This document shows, piece by piece, positions 55,148 through 64,000 of a stretch of DNA of 64,000 bases. The stretch lies in contig JBATAS010000245.1 in assembly GCA_049661965.1 (NCBI GenBank), positions 538 to 64,537 on the forward strand. The letters run 5' to 3'. Both the position numbers and the translations under genes were made by a program. This DNA comes from Ferruginibacter sp. Its GTDB lineage: Bacteria > Bacteroidota > Bacteroidia > Chitinophagales > Chitinophagaceae. The stretch's first letter is position 1. Every line of letters begins with the position of its first letter. Below the pieces are notes generated by a model. That model worked only from the letters and a program-made list of their open reading frames with translations. It was not told where the DNA came from and searched no databases.

Positions 55148-55362
55148 GATTAGTTCGCAAACAATGTAATGTGGTTTAGAAATTCAACCATATCCAACAG
55201 GTAACTGCAAACCTTAAGTGATAAAGGTTCCTGATTACATTTTTTTTAGCTATATTTAAGATTACTAACCCTTTACGACCGGTTTGCAGGAAGTTCTTTC
55301 CTATGAAATGACTGTTCTTTATCCACGATTGAAAAGCCAACCTAATTAATAAGATAACTATT

Positions 55363-58300
55363 ATGAAGAAAATCAAGGTTCTTTCCGGGTTTACCGGCTT
55401 ATCATTATACTTAGTTTTTGCAAGCTCGTTTTTGTTTTTACTGCTGCCTGTAAATACCCATGCACAAAGTCAGGAAAATAAAGGACTCCCCTTTATCACC
55501 AATTACCGCTACCAGGATTATAATGCCGATGGCATCAACTGGTGGGCGACCGAGGATGATAAAGGCGTGATGTATTTTGCCAATAACCTGGGTATATTGA
55601 TGTATGATGGACAAACATGGGAACTGATAAAACCAATAGACAATTCCGAAACGAGGTGTGTGGTAAAAGGCAAAGATGGAAAAATATATGTAGGTACCAG
55701 CGGGGATTTGGGATACGTAGATGCCGACGAAAAAGGTAAAATGAAATTCTTCTCCCTGAAAAACAAACTCCCGGAGAAATACCGGCAGTTTGCAGAAGTA
55801 TGGGAATGTAACCGGCTTGACGATAAAATCATTTTCCGTACCGTAAATAACCTCTTTATCTGGGATGGAAAAAACATGAAAGTTATTGACAGTTACGAGA
55901 ACCTGCATGTTGGCAATGTTGTTCATAACAATATTTATGTACGAATATGGAACCGGGGACTAACTGTTTTAAAAAACGACAGCTTTCATGTAGTGCCGGG
56001 AGGAGAACGTTTTGCCAATGAACGTATTTATGTGATGTTACCCTACGACGAACAACGTATGTTAATAGGTACACGTACACAGGGACTGTTTATTTATGAT
56101 GGCAAACAGTTTACGCCTTTTAAAACTGAGGCAGATCCTTATATTATAAATACCTCTTTATATGGTGGCCAGGTTTTGCCCAATGGCAATTTTGCACTTA
56201 ATTCCTTTAACGACGGAATGGTCATCATCACTAAGGAAGGTAAACTGGTTCAGCGCATCAATAAAGCGGTGGGTTTACAGGATAATTCTGTTGATCATAT
56301 TTTTCTCGACAGCAGGGGAATGCTATGGATGAGTATGTTCAACGGTATCGCAAAACTCGACCTTCGTTCTTCACTTAGTTTTTATGATGAATCAACCGGC
56401 TTACCTGCCAAAACAGTCTTTGGCACGGGCATGTACAATGGTACTTTGTATGCCGGAACTAACAACGGTGTTTTCATGCTCGACAATAATACGAATCGCT
56501 TTAGTAAAGTTGAGGGAACCGGTGGGCAGATAAACTCCTTCCTGCTTAAAGGCGATGATTACCTGGTTGGTGCTGCAGAAAAAGGCCTCTTAAAACTCAT
56601 AGGCAATAAATCATACCCGGTTATCCCCGGCAATAATTATGACTTTCATGTAACACAGCTTATTCAATCAAAGATCGACAGTAATATAATCTATGTTCTC
56701 TTAAGAGAAGGAATAGCAGTTGTCAGATATTCACCTGGTAATAGCGCCGGCAACAGGTATACTGTTGAATCAATTAATAAAAATCTCAGGGTAGGTTTTG
56801 GCGGATTACTTGAAAGAAAAGACGGATCGCTTTGGATTGTTGAAGGTGGAAATGGTGAATTAAATCTGGTAACCCCACTCCGTTCTGCAGGAAAAACAGA
56901 TATTGCCAATGCAACAATAAAAAAATATAATGCTCAAAATGGATTGCCCCGAAGACCTGTGGGGCCAACTTTATATAATGACAAGACATATTTCGTGGCC
57001 GGTAAAGACTCTGTTTTTGTTTACGACGAAAAGCAGGATCGGTTTCTGCGTGACACCGGAAATTTTTTAAGCAAACATTTGGTTGACTACGCCGATGGTA
57101 CCGGCATATTTGTAAAAGATAATATGGGCAGGCAATGGGTAAACCTGGGAGCTGGCGTGATGGTTATTATTCCAAACGCAGATGGTTCCGAAAAAATAAT
57201 TGATGCACCCTTCAGGGAACTCAGGAAAAATTATCCGGTATGGAACATCATGCCAACAGTTGATAAAAACGGAAAACCGGTAGTTTGGTTTTCTGGCAGG
57301 GAAGGTATAATCCGGTACGATGGTAATCTTGAAGAAACAGCCGATACAAAATTCAATACCATTATCCGTACAATCACACTTAATGAAGATTCGGTTTATT
57401 TTTCAGGCCTTACAATACCAGGTAAAGATCATAGTTTCTCCAGCAAATGGAATAACATCCGCATTCAATATGCTGCTCCATTTTTTAAACTTGAGAACGA
57501 AACTGTATTCTCTACTTTTTTAGAAGGCCGGGATAAAAACTGGTCGGATTGGAATAAACAAAGCTTCCGTGAATTTGGCAATTTACCAGCAGGCAAGTAT
57601 ACGTTTCGGGTAAAAGCAAAAAACATTTATGATGTTGAAAGCACCGAAGCGGTATTCACATTTTCTGTGTCGCCACCCTGGTACGCCAGCTGGTGGGCAT
57701 ATGTATTATATGCATTGATTGCCGGTGCGATTATTTACGCCATTGTACGCATGCGTACAAAGCAGTTACACGAAAAACACCGCCAGCTTGAAAAAGTTGT
57801 GGATGAACGTACCGCACAATTAAGTAACCGCGTTGATGAACTGGCGGTGATTAACAGCGTACAGGACGGATTGGTACGTGAAGTAAAAATGATGGGCATT
57901 TACGAACTGGTGGGTGAAAAAATCAGGGAAATTTTTAACGCTCAGGTTATTGATATAGCCACCTACGACAGTGCTACTAACCTGATGCAGGATCACTATG
58001 CATACGAAAAAGGTGACCGTACTTTAGTGGGAACTTTTGAACCCAATGGATTCAGAAAACATGTGGTAGAAACGGGGCAAACAGTATTAATTAATGAAGA
58101 TTTGGAAAACAAAGCGATTGAGTACAGTGGCAAAGTTCTTCATGGGGAAATGCCTAAGTCAGCAGTTTTTATTCCGATGATATCATCGAATAAAGTTACG
58201 GGTATGATCTCCCTGCAAAACCTCGATCAGGAAAATGCATTTACCGATTCTCAGGTAAGTATGCTTACCACACTGGCCAATAGCATGAGTGTAGCACTTG

Positions 58301-61300
58301 AAAGTGCCCGCCGTTTTGATGAAACCCACCGCCTGCTTAAAGAAACAGAGCAACGCAATGCCGAGCTGGCCGTGATTAACAGTGTGCAGGATGGCCTGGT
58401 TAGAGAAATGGATATGCAGGGTATTTATGAACTGGTGGGAGAAAAGATCCGTGAAATTTTTGACGCACAGGTAATTGATATTGTTACCTACGATCGCAAA
58501 ACCAACATGATTGAAGACAGGTATGCTTATGAAAAAGGCGACAGATCGCTCCTGCCGGCCAGGCCAGTTAAAGGATTCAGAAAACACGTAATTGAAACGG
58601 GGGAATACCTGATGTTCAATGATAAAGCAGAGCAGGCAGTGAAGGATTATGATCAGGAAGTTCTCATAGGAGATGCGGCAAAATCAAGTGTATTTGTCCC
58701 ACTCATAAGCAGTAATGAGGTAAATGGTGTCATCAGTTTACAAAATCTGGATCATGAACATGCATTTACCGAGTCGGATGTACGGCTGATAAACACACTG
58801 GCCAACACCATGAGCATTGCCCTGGAAAGTGCAAGATTGTTTGATGAAACAAAAAGATTACTGAAAGAAACAGAACAACGTACTGCCGAGTTGGGCGTAA
58901 TTAACAGTGTGCAGGATGGGTTGGCCAAGGAAATGGATATCCAGGGAATCTATGAACTGGTAGGAGAAAAGATCCGGAATATTTTCAACGCACAGGTGAT
59001 TGACATTGTAATTTATGATAAAGCCACAAACCAGATTGAAGACCGCTATGCATTTGAAAATGGCGACCGCACTTTATTAGCGGCACGTGAACTAAAAGGT
59101 TTCAGGAAACATGTTATTGAATCGGCTAAACCACTCGTAATAAACAAAGATGTTGATAAAGAAAGGCCAAAATATAACCAGGCGGTTATAAAAGGCGAAG
59201 GAGCAAGATCACTGGTGATGGTGCCCATGATGGCAGGTGGTGAAATTAACGGCGTTATCAGTTTACAAAACCTGAAACAGGAAAATGCATTCCCCGAAGC
59301 AGATGTAAAACTGCTGAACACATTGGCCAACAGTATGAGCGTTGCACTTGAGAATGCAAGGCTCTTTGATGAAACAAACCGCCTGCTTAATGAAACAGAG
59401 CAGCGTACGGCAGAACTTGCAGTAATCAATAGTGTACAGGAAGACCTGGTGAGAGAAATGAATACCCAGGCTATTTATGAATTGGTTGGCGACCGCATCT
59501 GCAAACTGTTCGATACCCAAACAGTAATCATCAGAACATTTGACCACGATACTTCGCTGGAACATTGGCAATACGCCATCGAAAAAGGAGAAAATATTTT
59601 TAGTGAACCAAGAGCTTTTAACTGGGCTAATAAAGAACTGATAAAAAATAAAAAATCACTATTCATCAATGAGAACTATGCAGCAACTGCAAAAAAATTC
59701 GGCGGGGCCGGAGTAACAAAAGGATTTCCGCCAAAATCAGCACTGTTTGTTCCGATGATTGTAGGTAATGTGGTAAAAGGTTCCGTTAGTCTGCAGAATG
59801 TTGAGAAAGAAAATGCATTTAATGAATCGGACTTGCGGGTAGTCACCACGCTCTCAAACAGTATGAGTGTGGCTTTGGAAAATGCCCGTCTCTTTGATGA
59901 ATCAAATAAATTACTGGCCGAAGCCAAACAAAGAGCCAACGAACTGAGTACGGTGAACAATATCAGCCAGGCGCTAACGTCACAACTCAATTTAGATGAC
60001 CTGATAAACCTTGTAGGAGAACAATTGAGGCAACTCTTTAAAGCCAATATCGTTTACCTCGCCATTCTTGATGAAAAAACAAATATCATCAATTTCCCGT
60101 ACCAGTATGGTGATGACATAAAACCGATGAAAATGGGTGAAGGACTCACCTCTAAAATTATCCTCACCGGAAAACCTTTATTGGTAAATAAAGACCTTGA
60201 TGAATTAACTGAACAGTTGGGTGTTGAAAAACTCGGCATTCCTGCGGCCTCTTACCTGGGTGTACCTATTCCTGTTGGCGATGAAGTGATTGGCGTACTG
60301 AGCATTCAAACCACCGAAATGGTAAACCGCTTTAATGAAGATGATCAGCGATTGTTAACCACCATTGCAGCTTCTGTAGGAATTGCTTTACGCAAAGCCA
60401 AACTTTTTGATGAAGTGCATGTTGCCAAGCTGGAAGCAGAAGCTGCACGTAAAAATGCAGAACGTGCCAACGATGCAAAAAGTTCCTTCCTCTCAACCGT
60501 AAGTCATGAATTAAGAACACCATTAACATCGGTTTTAGGCTTTGCCAAGATCATTAAAAAAAGACTGGAGGATAAAGTGTTCCCGGTAATTGATAAAGAT
60601 GATCCAAAACTTCAGAAAACCATCAACCAGGTTTCCGATAATCTTGATGTAGTGGTATCCGAAGGTGAACGGCTCACTCACCTCATCAACGATGTTCTTG
60701 ATCTTGCGAAAATTGAAGCCGGAAAAATGGAATGGAATAATGAACCCGTTTCTGTTGCCGAGATTGCCGAGCGTGCCATTGCAGCAACTACTTCCCTCTT
60801 TGCACATAATAAACTGGAGCTGAAGAAAAACATTGCAACCGATCTGCCTGATATTACCGGCGACAGGGATAAACTCATCCAGGTAATGGTAAACCTCATT
60901 TCCAATTCAGTAAAATTCACACCTAAAGGATCGGTAACCTGCAAGGTTTTGCAAAAAGACGAAGAGATCATTGTAAGTATTGCTGACACCGGCATTGGTA
61001 TTGCACCCGAAGATCATGCTGCAGTTTTTGAACAGTTTAAACAGGTTGGCGATACGCTCACCGATAAACCAAAAGGAACAGGTCTTGGTCTGCCAATTTG
61101 TATGGAGATAATAGAACACCATGGCGGACGCATCTGGCTCGAAAGTGAACTGGGCAAGGGCAGTACATTTTTATTTGCGTTACCAATTTCAAAATCAACC
61201 GAGCCAAGAGCAGTACACCTGAACGACCTGGTGAAGCAATTAAAAGTGCAGGTAGCCAACTCGCAGCTGAACCTGAAAGATAAGGCTGCAAGCCTGTTGG

Positions 61301-61887
61301 TAGTTGATGACGATGAATCCATCCGCTCCTTATTAAACCAGGAACTGAGTGAACTGGGTTACCTCGTTGACGAAGCCAGAGATGGAAAAGAAGCACTTGT
61401 AAAAGTAAGGGCCAACCGCCCCGACCTCATCATCCTCGACATCATGATGCCCGAAATGAATGGCTTTGATGTGGCAGCCGTTTTAAAGAACGATCCGGTT
61501 ACCATGGATATTCCCATCATTGTTTTATCCATTGTGCAGGATAAAACAAGGGGCTTCCGCATTGGTGTCGACAGGTATCTCACCAAACCCATCGACACCG
61601 GTTTACTCTTCAACGAAATCGGCAGTTTACTGGAGCAGGGCAAGTCGAAGAAAAAAGTAATGGTGGTTGATGAAGACCTTGGCACTGTTAACACACTCAC
61701 CGAAGTGCTGAAAACAAAAGGTTATAATGTTTCGGAATCAGATGGCTCTGCCTTGATTGCCGATGCCATTGCCAATCAGCCCGATATTATCATTATCAAC
61801 TCGGTACTATCGGGTAAAAATGATATTGTGCAAACCCTGCGGTTTGAAAAAGGACTTGAAAATGTATTATTCTTTGTGTATAAATAA
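55363..61887 (+). CDS. Hybrid sensor kinase: signal peptide, beta-propeller, Y_Y_Y, TM, five GAF domains, HisKA, HATPase, REC, degenerate REC
   Basis: FGNLPAGKYTFRV, PPWY..WWAY TM, 5x EL..(I/V)N...GAF...ALE.AR.F.E, SHELRTPL, DTGIGI, GTGLGL, LDIMMP..NG. Confidence 0.92.
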   Translation: MKKIKVLSGFTGLSLYLVFASSFLFLLLPVNTHAQSQENKGLPFITNYRYQDYNADGINWWATEDDKGVMYFANNLGILMYDGQTWELIKPIDNSETRCVVKGKDGKIYVGTSGDLGYVDADEKGKMKFFSLKNKLPEKYRQFAEVWECNRLDDKIIFRTVNNLFIWDGKNMKVIDSYENLHVGNVVHNNIYVRIWNRGLTVLKNDSFHVVPGGERFANERIYVMLPYDEQRMLIGTRTQGLFIYDGKQFTPFKTEADPYIINTSLYGGQVLPNGNFALNSFNDGMVIITKEGKLVQRINKAVGLQDNSVDHIFLDSRGMLWMSMFNGIAKLDLRSSLSFYDESTGLPAKTVFGTGMYNGTLYAGTNNGVFMLDNNTNRFSKVEGTGGQINSFLLKGDDYLVGAAEKGLLKLIGNKSYPVIPGNNYDFHVTQLIQSKIDSNIIYVLLREGIAVVRYSPGNSAGNRYTVESINKNLRVGFGGLLERKDGSLWIVEGGNGELNLVTPLRSAGKTDIANATIKKYNAQNGLPRRPVGPTLYNDKTYFVAGKDSVFVYDEKQDRFLRDTGNFLSKHLVDYADGTGIFVKDNMGRQWVNLGAGVMVIIPNADGSEKIIDAPFRELRKNYPVWNIMPTVDKNGKPVVWFSGREGIIRYDGNLEETADTKFNTIIRTITLNEDSVYFSGLTIPGKDHSFSSKWNNIRIQYAAPFFKLENETVFSTFLEGRDKNWSDWNKQSFREFGNLPAGKYTFRVKAKNIYDVESTEAVFTFSVSPPWYASWWAYVLYALIAGAIIYAIVRMRTKQLHEKHRQLEKVVDERTAQLSNRVDELAVINSVQDGLVREVKMMGIYELVGEKIREIFNAQVIDIATYDSATNLMQDHYAYEKGDRTLVGTFEPNGFRKHVVETGQTVLINEDLENKAIEYSGKVLHGEMPKSAVFIPMISSNKVTGMISLQNLDQENAFTDSQVSMLTTLANSMSVALESARRFDETHRLLKETEQRNAELAVINSVQDGLVREMDMQGIYELVGEKIREIFDAQVIDIVTYDRKTNMIEDRYAYEKGDRSLLPARPVKGFRKHVIETGEYLMFNDKAEQAVKDYDQEVLIGDAAKSSVFVPLISSNEVNGVISLQNLDHEHAFTESDVRLINTLANTMSIALESARLFDETKRLLKETEQRTAELGVINSVQDGLAKEMDIQGIYELVGEKIRNIFNAQVIDIVIYDKATNQIEDRYAFENGDRTLLAARELKGFRKHVIESAKPLVINKDVDKERPKYNQAVIKGEGARSLVMVPMMAGGEINGVISLQNLKQENAFPEADVKLLNTLANSMSVALENARLFDETNRLLNETEQRTAELAVINSVQEDLVREMNTQAIYELVGDRICKLFDTQTVIIRTFDHDTSLEHWQYAIEKGENIFSEPRAFNWANKELIKNKKSLFINENYAATAKKFGGAGVTKGFPPKSALFVPMIVGNVVKGSVSLQNVEKENAFNESDLRVVTTLSNSMSVALENARLFDESNKLLAEAKQRANELSTVNNISQALTSQLNLDDLINLVGEQLRQLFKANIVYLAILDEKTNIINFPYQYGDDIKPMKMGEGLTSKIILTGKPLLVNKDLDELTEQLGVEKLGIPAASYLGVPIPVGDEVIGVLSIQTTEMVNRFNEDDQRLLTTIAASVGIALRKAKLFDEVHVAKLEAEAARKNAERANDAKSSFLSTVSHELRTPLTSVLGFAKIIKKRLEDKVFPVIDKDDPKLQKTINQVSDNLDVVVSEGERLTHLINDVLDLAKIEAGKMEWNNEPVSVAEIAERAIAATTSLFAHNKLELKKNIATDLPDITGDRDKLIQVMVNLISNSVKFTPKGSVTCKVLQKDEEIIVSIADTGIGIAPEDHAAVFEQFKQVGDTLTDKPKGTGLGLPICMEIIEHHGGRIWLESELGKGSTFLFALPISKSTEPRAVHLNDLVKQLKVQVANSQLNLKDKAASLLVVDDDESIRSLLNQELSELGYLVDEARDGKEALVKVRANRPDLIILDIMMPEMNGFDVAAVLKNDPVTMDIPIIVLSIVQDKTRGFRIGVDRYLTKPIDTGLLFNEIGSLLEQGKSKKKVMVVDEDLGTVNTLTEVLKTKGYNVSESDGSALIADAIANQPDIIIINSVLSGKNDIVQTLRFEKGLENVLFFVYK

Positions 61888-61920
61888 TTTTTTTTTAAAA
61901 AAAAGGACAAATTAAACAGT

Positions 61921-62304
61921 ATGGAAAAGAAAATTTTAATTGTTGATGACGAAGCACATATCCGTATGCTGATTGAACAAACGCTGGAAGACCTGGAAGA
62001 CGAAGGCGTGGAATTCCTTACAGCCGACAATGGGCAAACGGCGCTGGAGTTGATCCAGTCAGAAAAACCCAACCTTGTTTTCCTGGATGTGATGATGCCC
62101 AAAATGAACGGCATGGATGTTTGCCGCAAAGTAAAACAGGAATTAAAGCTTGATGATGTGTACATCATTTTATTAACAGCTAAAGGCCAGGAGCTTGACC
62201 GGCAGAAAGGAAATGAAGTGGGCGCCGATGTTTATATGACAAAACCCTTTGACCCCGAAGTGTTGCTGAACAAGGCAAAGCAGGTATTGGGTATGGCAAC
62301 TTAA
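61921..62304 (+). CDS. Single-domain response regulator
   Basis: ILIVDDE, FLDVMMP, LTAKG, MTKPF; no output domain. Confidence 0.95.
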   Translation: MEKKILIVDDEAHIRMLIEQTLEDLEDEGVEFLTADNGQTALELIQSEKPNLVFLDVMMPKMNGMDVCRKVKQELKLDDVYIILLTAKGQELDRQKGNEVGADVYMTKPFDPEVLLNKAKQVLGMAT

Positions 62305-62362
62305 TTGAAAAACTTTTTATTAATCCAGTAAGTGCAACTATTTTTTTGCATACCACTATATT

Positions 62363-64000
62363 ATGGCAAGAGTAAGTTTAAAAAACAGTATCGGAAAAAA
62401 CAAAGCATTTAACCCGGTAATTCAGAACCTGGTTACCAAACTTGGATTGCATATCTGGATAGAAGATGCCGAAGGCAAGCTGCTGATGGGCCAGGTGCAT
62501 GACAATGATAAAACTTCCATTCCCATTTCTCTGGATGATGAAATACTCGGTTGGGTAAAAGGCGATAAACAGGGAATTACAATTGCCGATCTCCTGACAA
62601 GATTAATTGAAAAAGATAACGAGAAGAAAAATTTAGGTGCCGAAGTACTGAACCTCTACCAGGAGATAAACGTTATTTTCAACTTCACCGAAAAACTTAC
62701 ACAAACTATAGAACCTGATGTTATTGCACGGCTCACATTGGAGCAAGCGATACATTCTATAGAACCGCATAGCGGTGTGATTGTGCTATGGAATGAGCAC
62801 AATAAAAAATTACTCATTCCCGCCATGGCGGGAGAACCTTTGTTTGATGAAGAAAATATCCGCAGCAATTTTGAAATGCTGCTCAAGATCGGAATGAGTG
62901 GACAGTCGGAGATCATAACAGATATATCGCAGTTAAAAGAAAAAGGAATTATTGAAGCCCCGGTGCAATCTATAATGTATGCGGCCATGAAGGTGAAGCA
63001 CCGCATTATGGGTGCAGTAATTTTAGCCGGTAAAGAAGCCGAGCAGTTCTCCGCTGCTCATTTAAAATTACTCGTTACCCTTTCACTGCAATCCTCTGCA
63101 GCGATAGAAAGTGCGTTGCTCTTCGAAAAAAATATTCGTGAAGCAAAGGAAAGAGAAGAAGCCATGCTCCGCATTCATGAAGTAACCAAAAAATTTGTGC
63201 CTAACGAATTCATCCGTTCGCTGGGAAAAGAAAAATTAACCGATGTAAGACTGGGCGATCATGTTGAAAAGATCGTTACCGTTCTTTTTACCGATATCAG
63301 GGACTTCACTACCCTATCAGAAAAAATGACGCCCGAAGAAAATTTTCGTTTTGTGTCCACATTCAATTCGCAGCTGGGGCCCATCATCCGCTCCAATAAC
63401 GGTTTTATCAACCAGTACCTTGGCGATTCCATCATGGCCATTTTCCCCGACGATCCGGCCGATGCCATAAGAGCTGCCATAAAAATGCAACTGGCAGTGG
63501 CTGCGTTAAATGTAATACGCAATGCCGGAGATTTTCCTTCCATACATGCAGGCATAGGCATGCACACCGGCCCGCTCATCATGGGCATTACCGGCGATGA
63601 GCAGCGCATGGATGCAGCCACCATTTCCGACACGGTAAACACCGCTGCCCGTATTGAAAGCCTTACCAAATATTATAAGTCTCCCCTGCTGCTTAGCCAG
63701 GAAACCATTGACCGGCTTGATGGCAAGCAACATTTTAATACCCGCAACCTCGGTACCGTTAAAGTAAAGGGTAAAAATAAAATACTCAACATCATTGAAT
63801 GTTTCGACGGAATAGCCAGGCCCGATTTTGAAAATAAACTAAAGACATTGGAGAGTTTTACTGAGGCTATGGACCTATACCGTAACAGGCAATTTGAAAA
63901 ATCAATCCCGGTTTTCCAGTCGGTATTAACTATAAATTCCGATGACCTTACTGCAAAACTATTTTTAGACAAAGCATTAAAACATCATCACGAAGGTGTT
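62363..64000 (+). CDS. GAF domain class III adenylate/guanylate cyclase, 3' end outside window
   Basis: Not in the ORF track. Manual translation from ATG 62363: MARVSLKNS...LYQEINVIFNF(GAF)...AIESALLF...KFVP...TVLFTDIRDFTTLSE...NQYLGDSIMAIF...GIGMHTG...SDTVNTAARIE...VKGK; open to the window end. Confidence 0.92.
   Translation, partial: MARVSLKNSIGKNKAFNPVIQNLVTKLGLHIWIEDAEGKLLMGQVHDNDKTSIPISLDDEILGWVKGDKQGITIADLLTRLIEKDNEKKNLGAEVLNLYQEINVIFNFTEKLTQTIEPDVIARLTLEQAIHSIEPHSGVIVLWNEHNKKLLIPAMAGEPLFDEENIRSNFEMLLKIGMSGQSEIITDISQLKEKGIIEAPVQSIMYAAMKVKHRIMGAVILAGKEAEQFSAAHLKLLVTLSLQSSAAIESALLFEKNIREAKEREEAMLRIHEVTKKFVPNEFIRSLGKEKLTDVRLGDHVEKIVTVLFTDIRDFTTLSEKMTPEENFRFVSTFNSQLGPIIRSNNGFINQYLGDSIMAIFPDDPADAIRAAIKMQLAVAALNVIRNAGDFPSIHAGIGMHTGPLIMGITGDEQRMDAATISDTVNTAARIESLTKYYKSPLLLSQETIDRLDGKQHFNTRNLGTVKVKGKNKILNIIECFDGIARPDFENKLKTLESFTEAMDLYRNRQFEKSIPVFQSVLTINSDDLTAKLFLDKALKHHHEGV

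Noticed and set aside
62656..63972. Minus-strand ORFs at the window end
   Set aside because: Antisense shadows of the + strand GAF-cyclase that runs off the window

Overview
Chromosomal window from a Bacteroidota bacterium. The rpmB-rpmG-DUF4295-ftsY synteny and TAnnTTTG promoters support the phylum; a Chitinophagaceae-like assignment is inference only. 1-16.6 kb is mostly housekeeping: a partial EEP nuclease, ftsY, rpmG, rpmB, OsmC, a DMT transporter, a DUF2723 membrane glycosyltransferase, a vWA + AAA pair, a TPR membrane protein, MlaD, murB, and an ECF sigma/anti-sigma pair with mirror-image promoters. From 16.7 kb to the end every credible gene is on the + strand. These are: a repeat-fibre protein with a LytS/LytTR system; an ECF42-type sigma with YciI/SRPBCC/DinB/VOC genes; a small decayed integron-cassette-like patch (28.4-30.4 kb); a cluster of exported peptidases and an amino-acid permease; and a >20 kb signalling island. 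The island holds three tandem FIST (NosP-like) sensors, a sensor-less His kinase, a 2324-aa soluble kinase built from ten divergent GAF-like modules joined by DNA-homogenised linkers, a beta-propeller/penta-GAF hybrid kinase, a stand-alone receiver, and a GAF class III nucleotide cyclase with non-canonical base-specificity residues (runs off the window). No rRNA, tRNA, CRISPR array, transposase or integrase was seen. Family calls come from motif recognition by eye, not from database searches.
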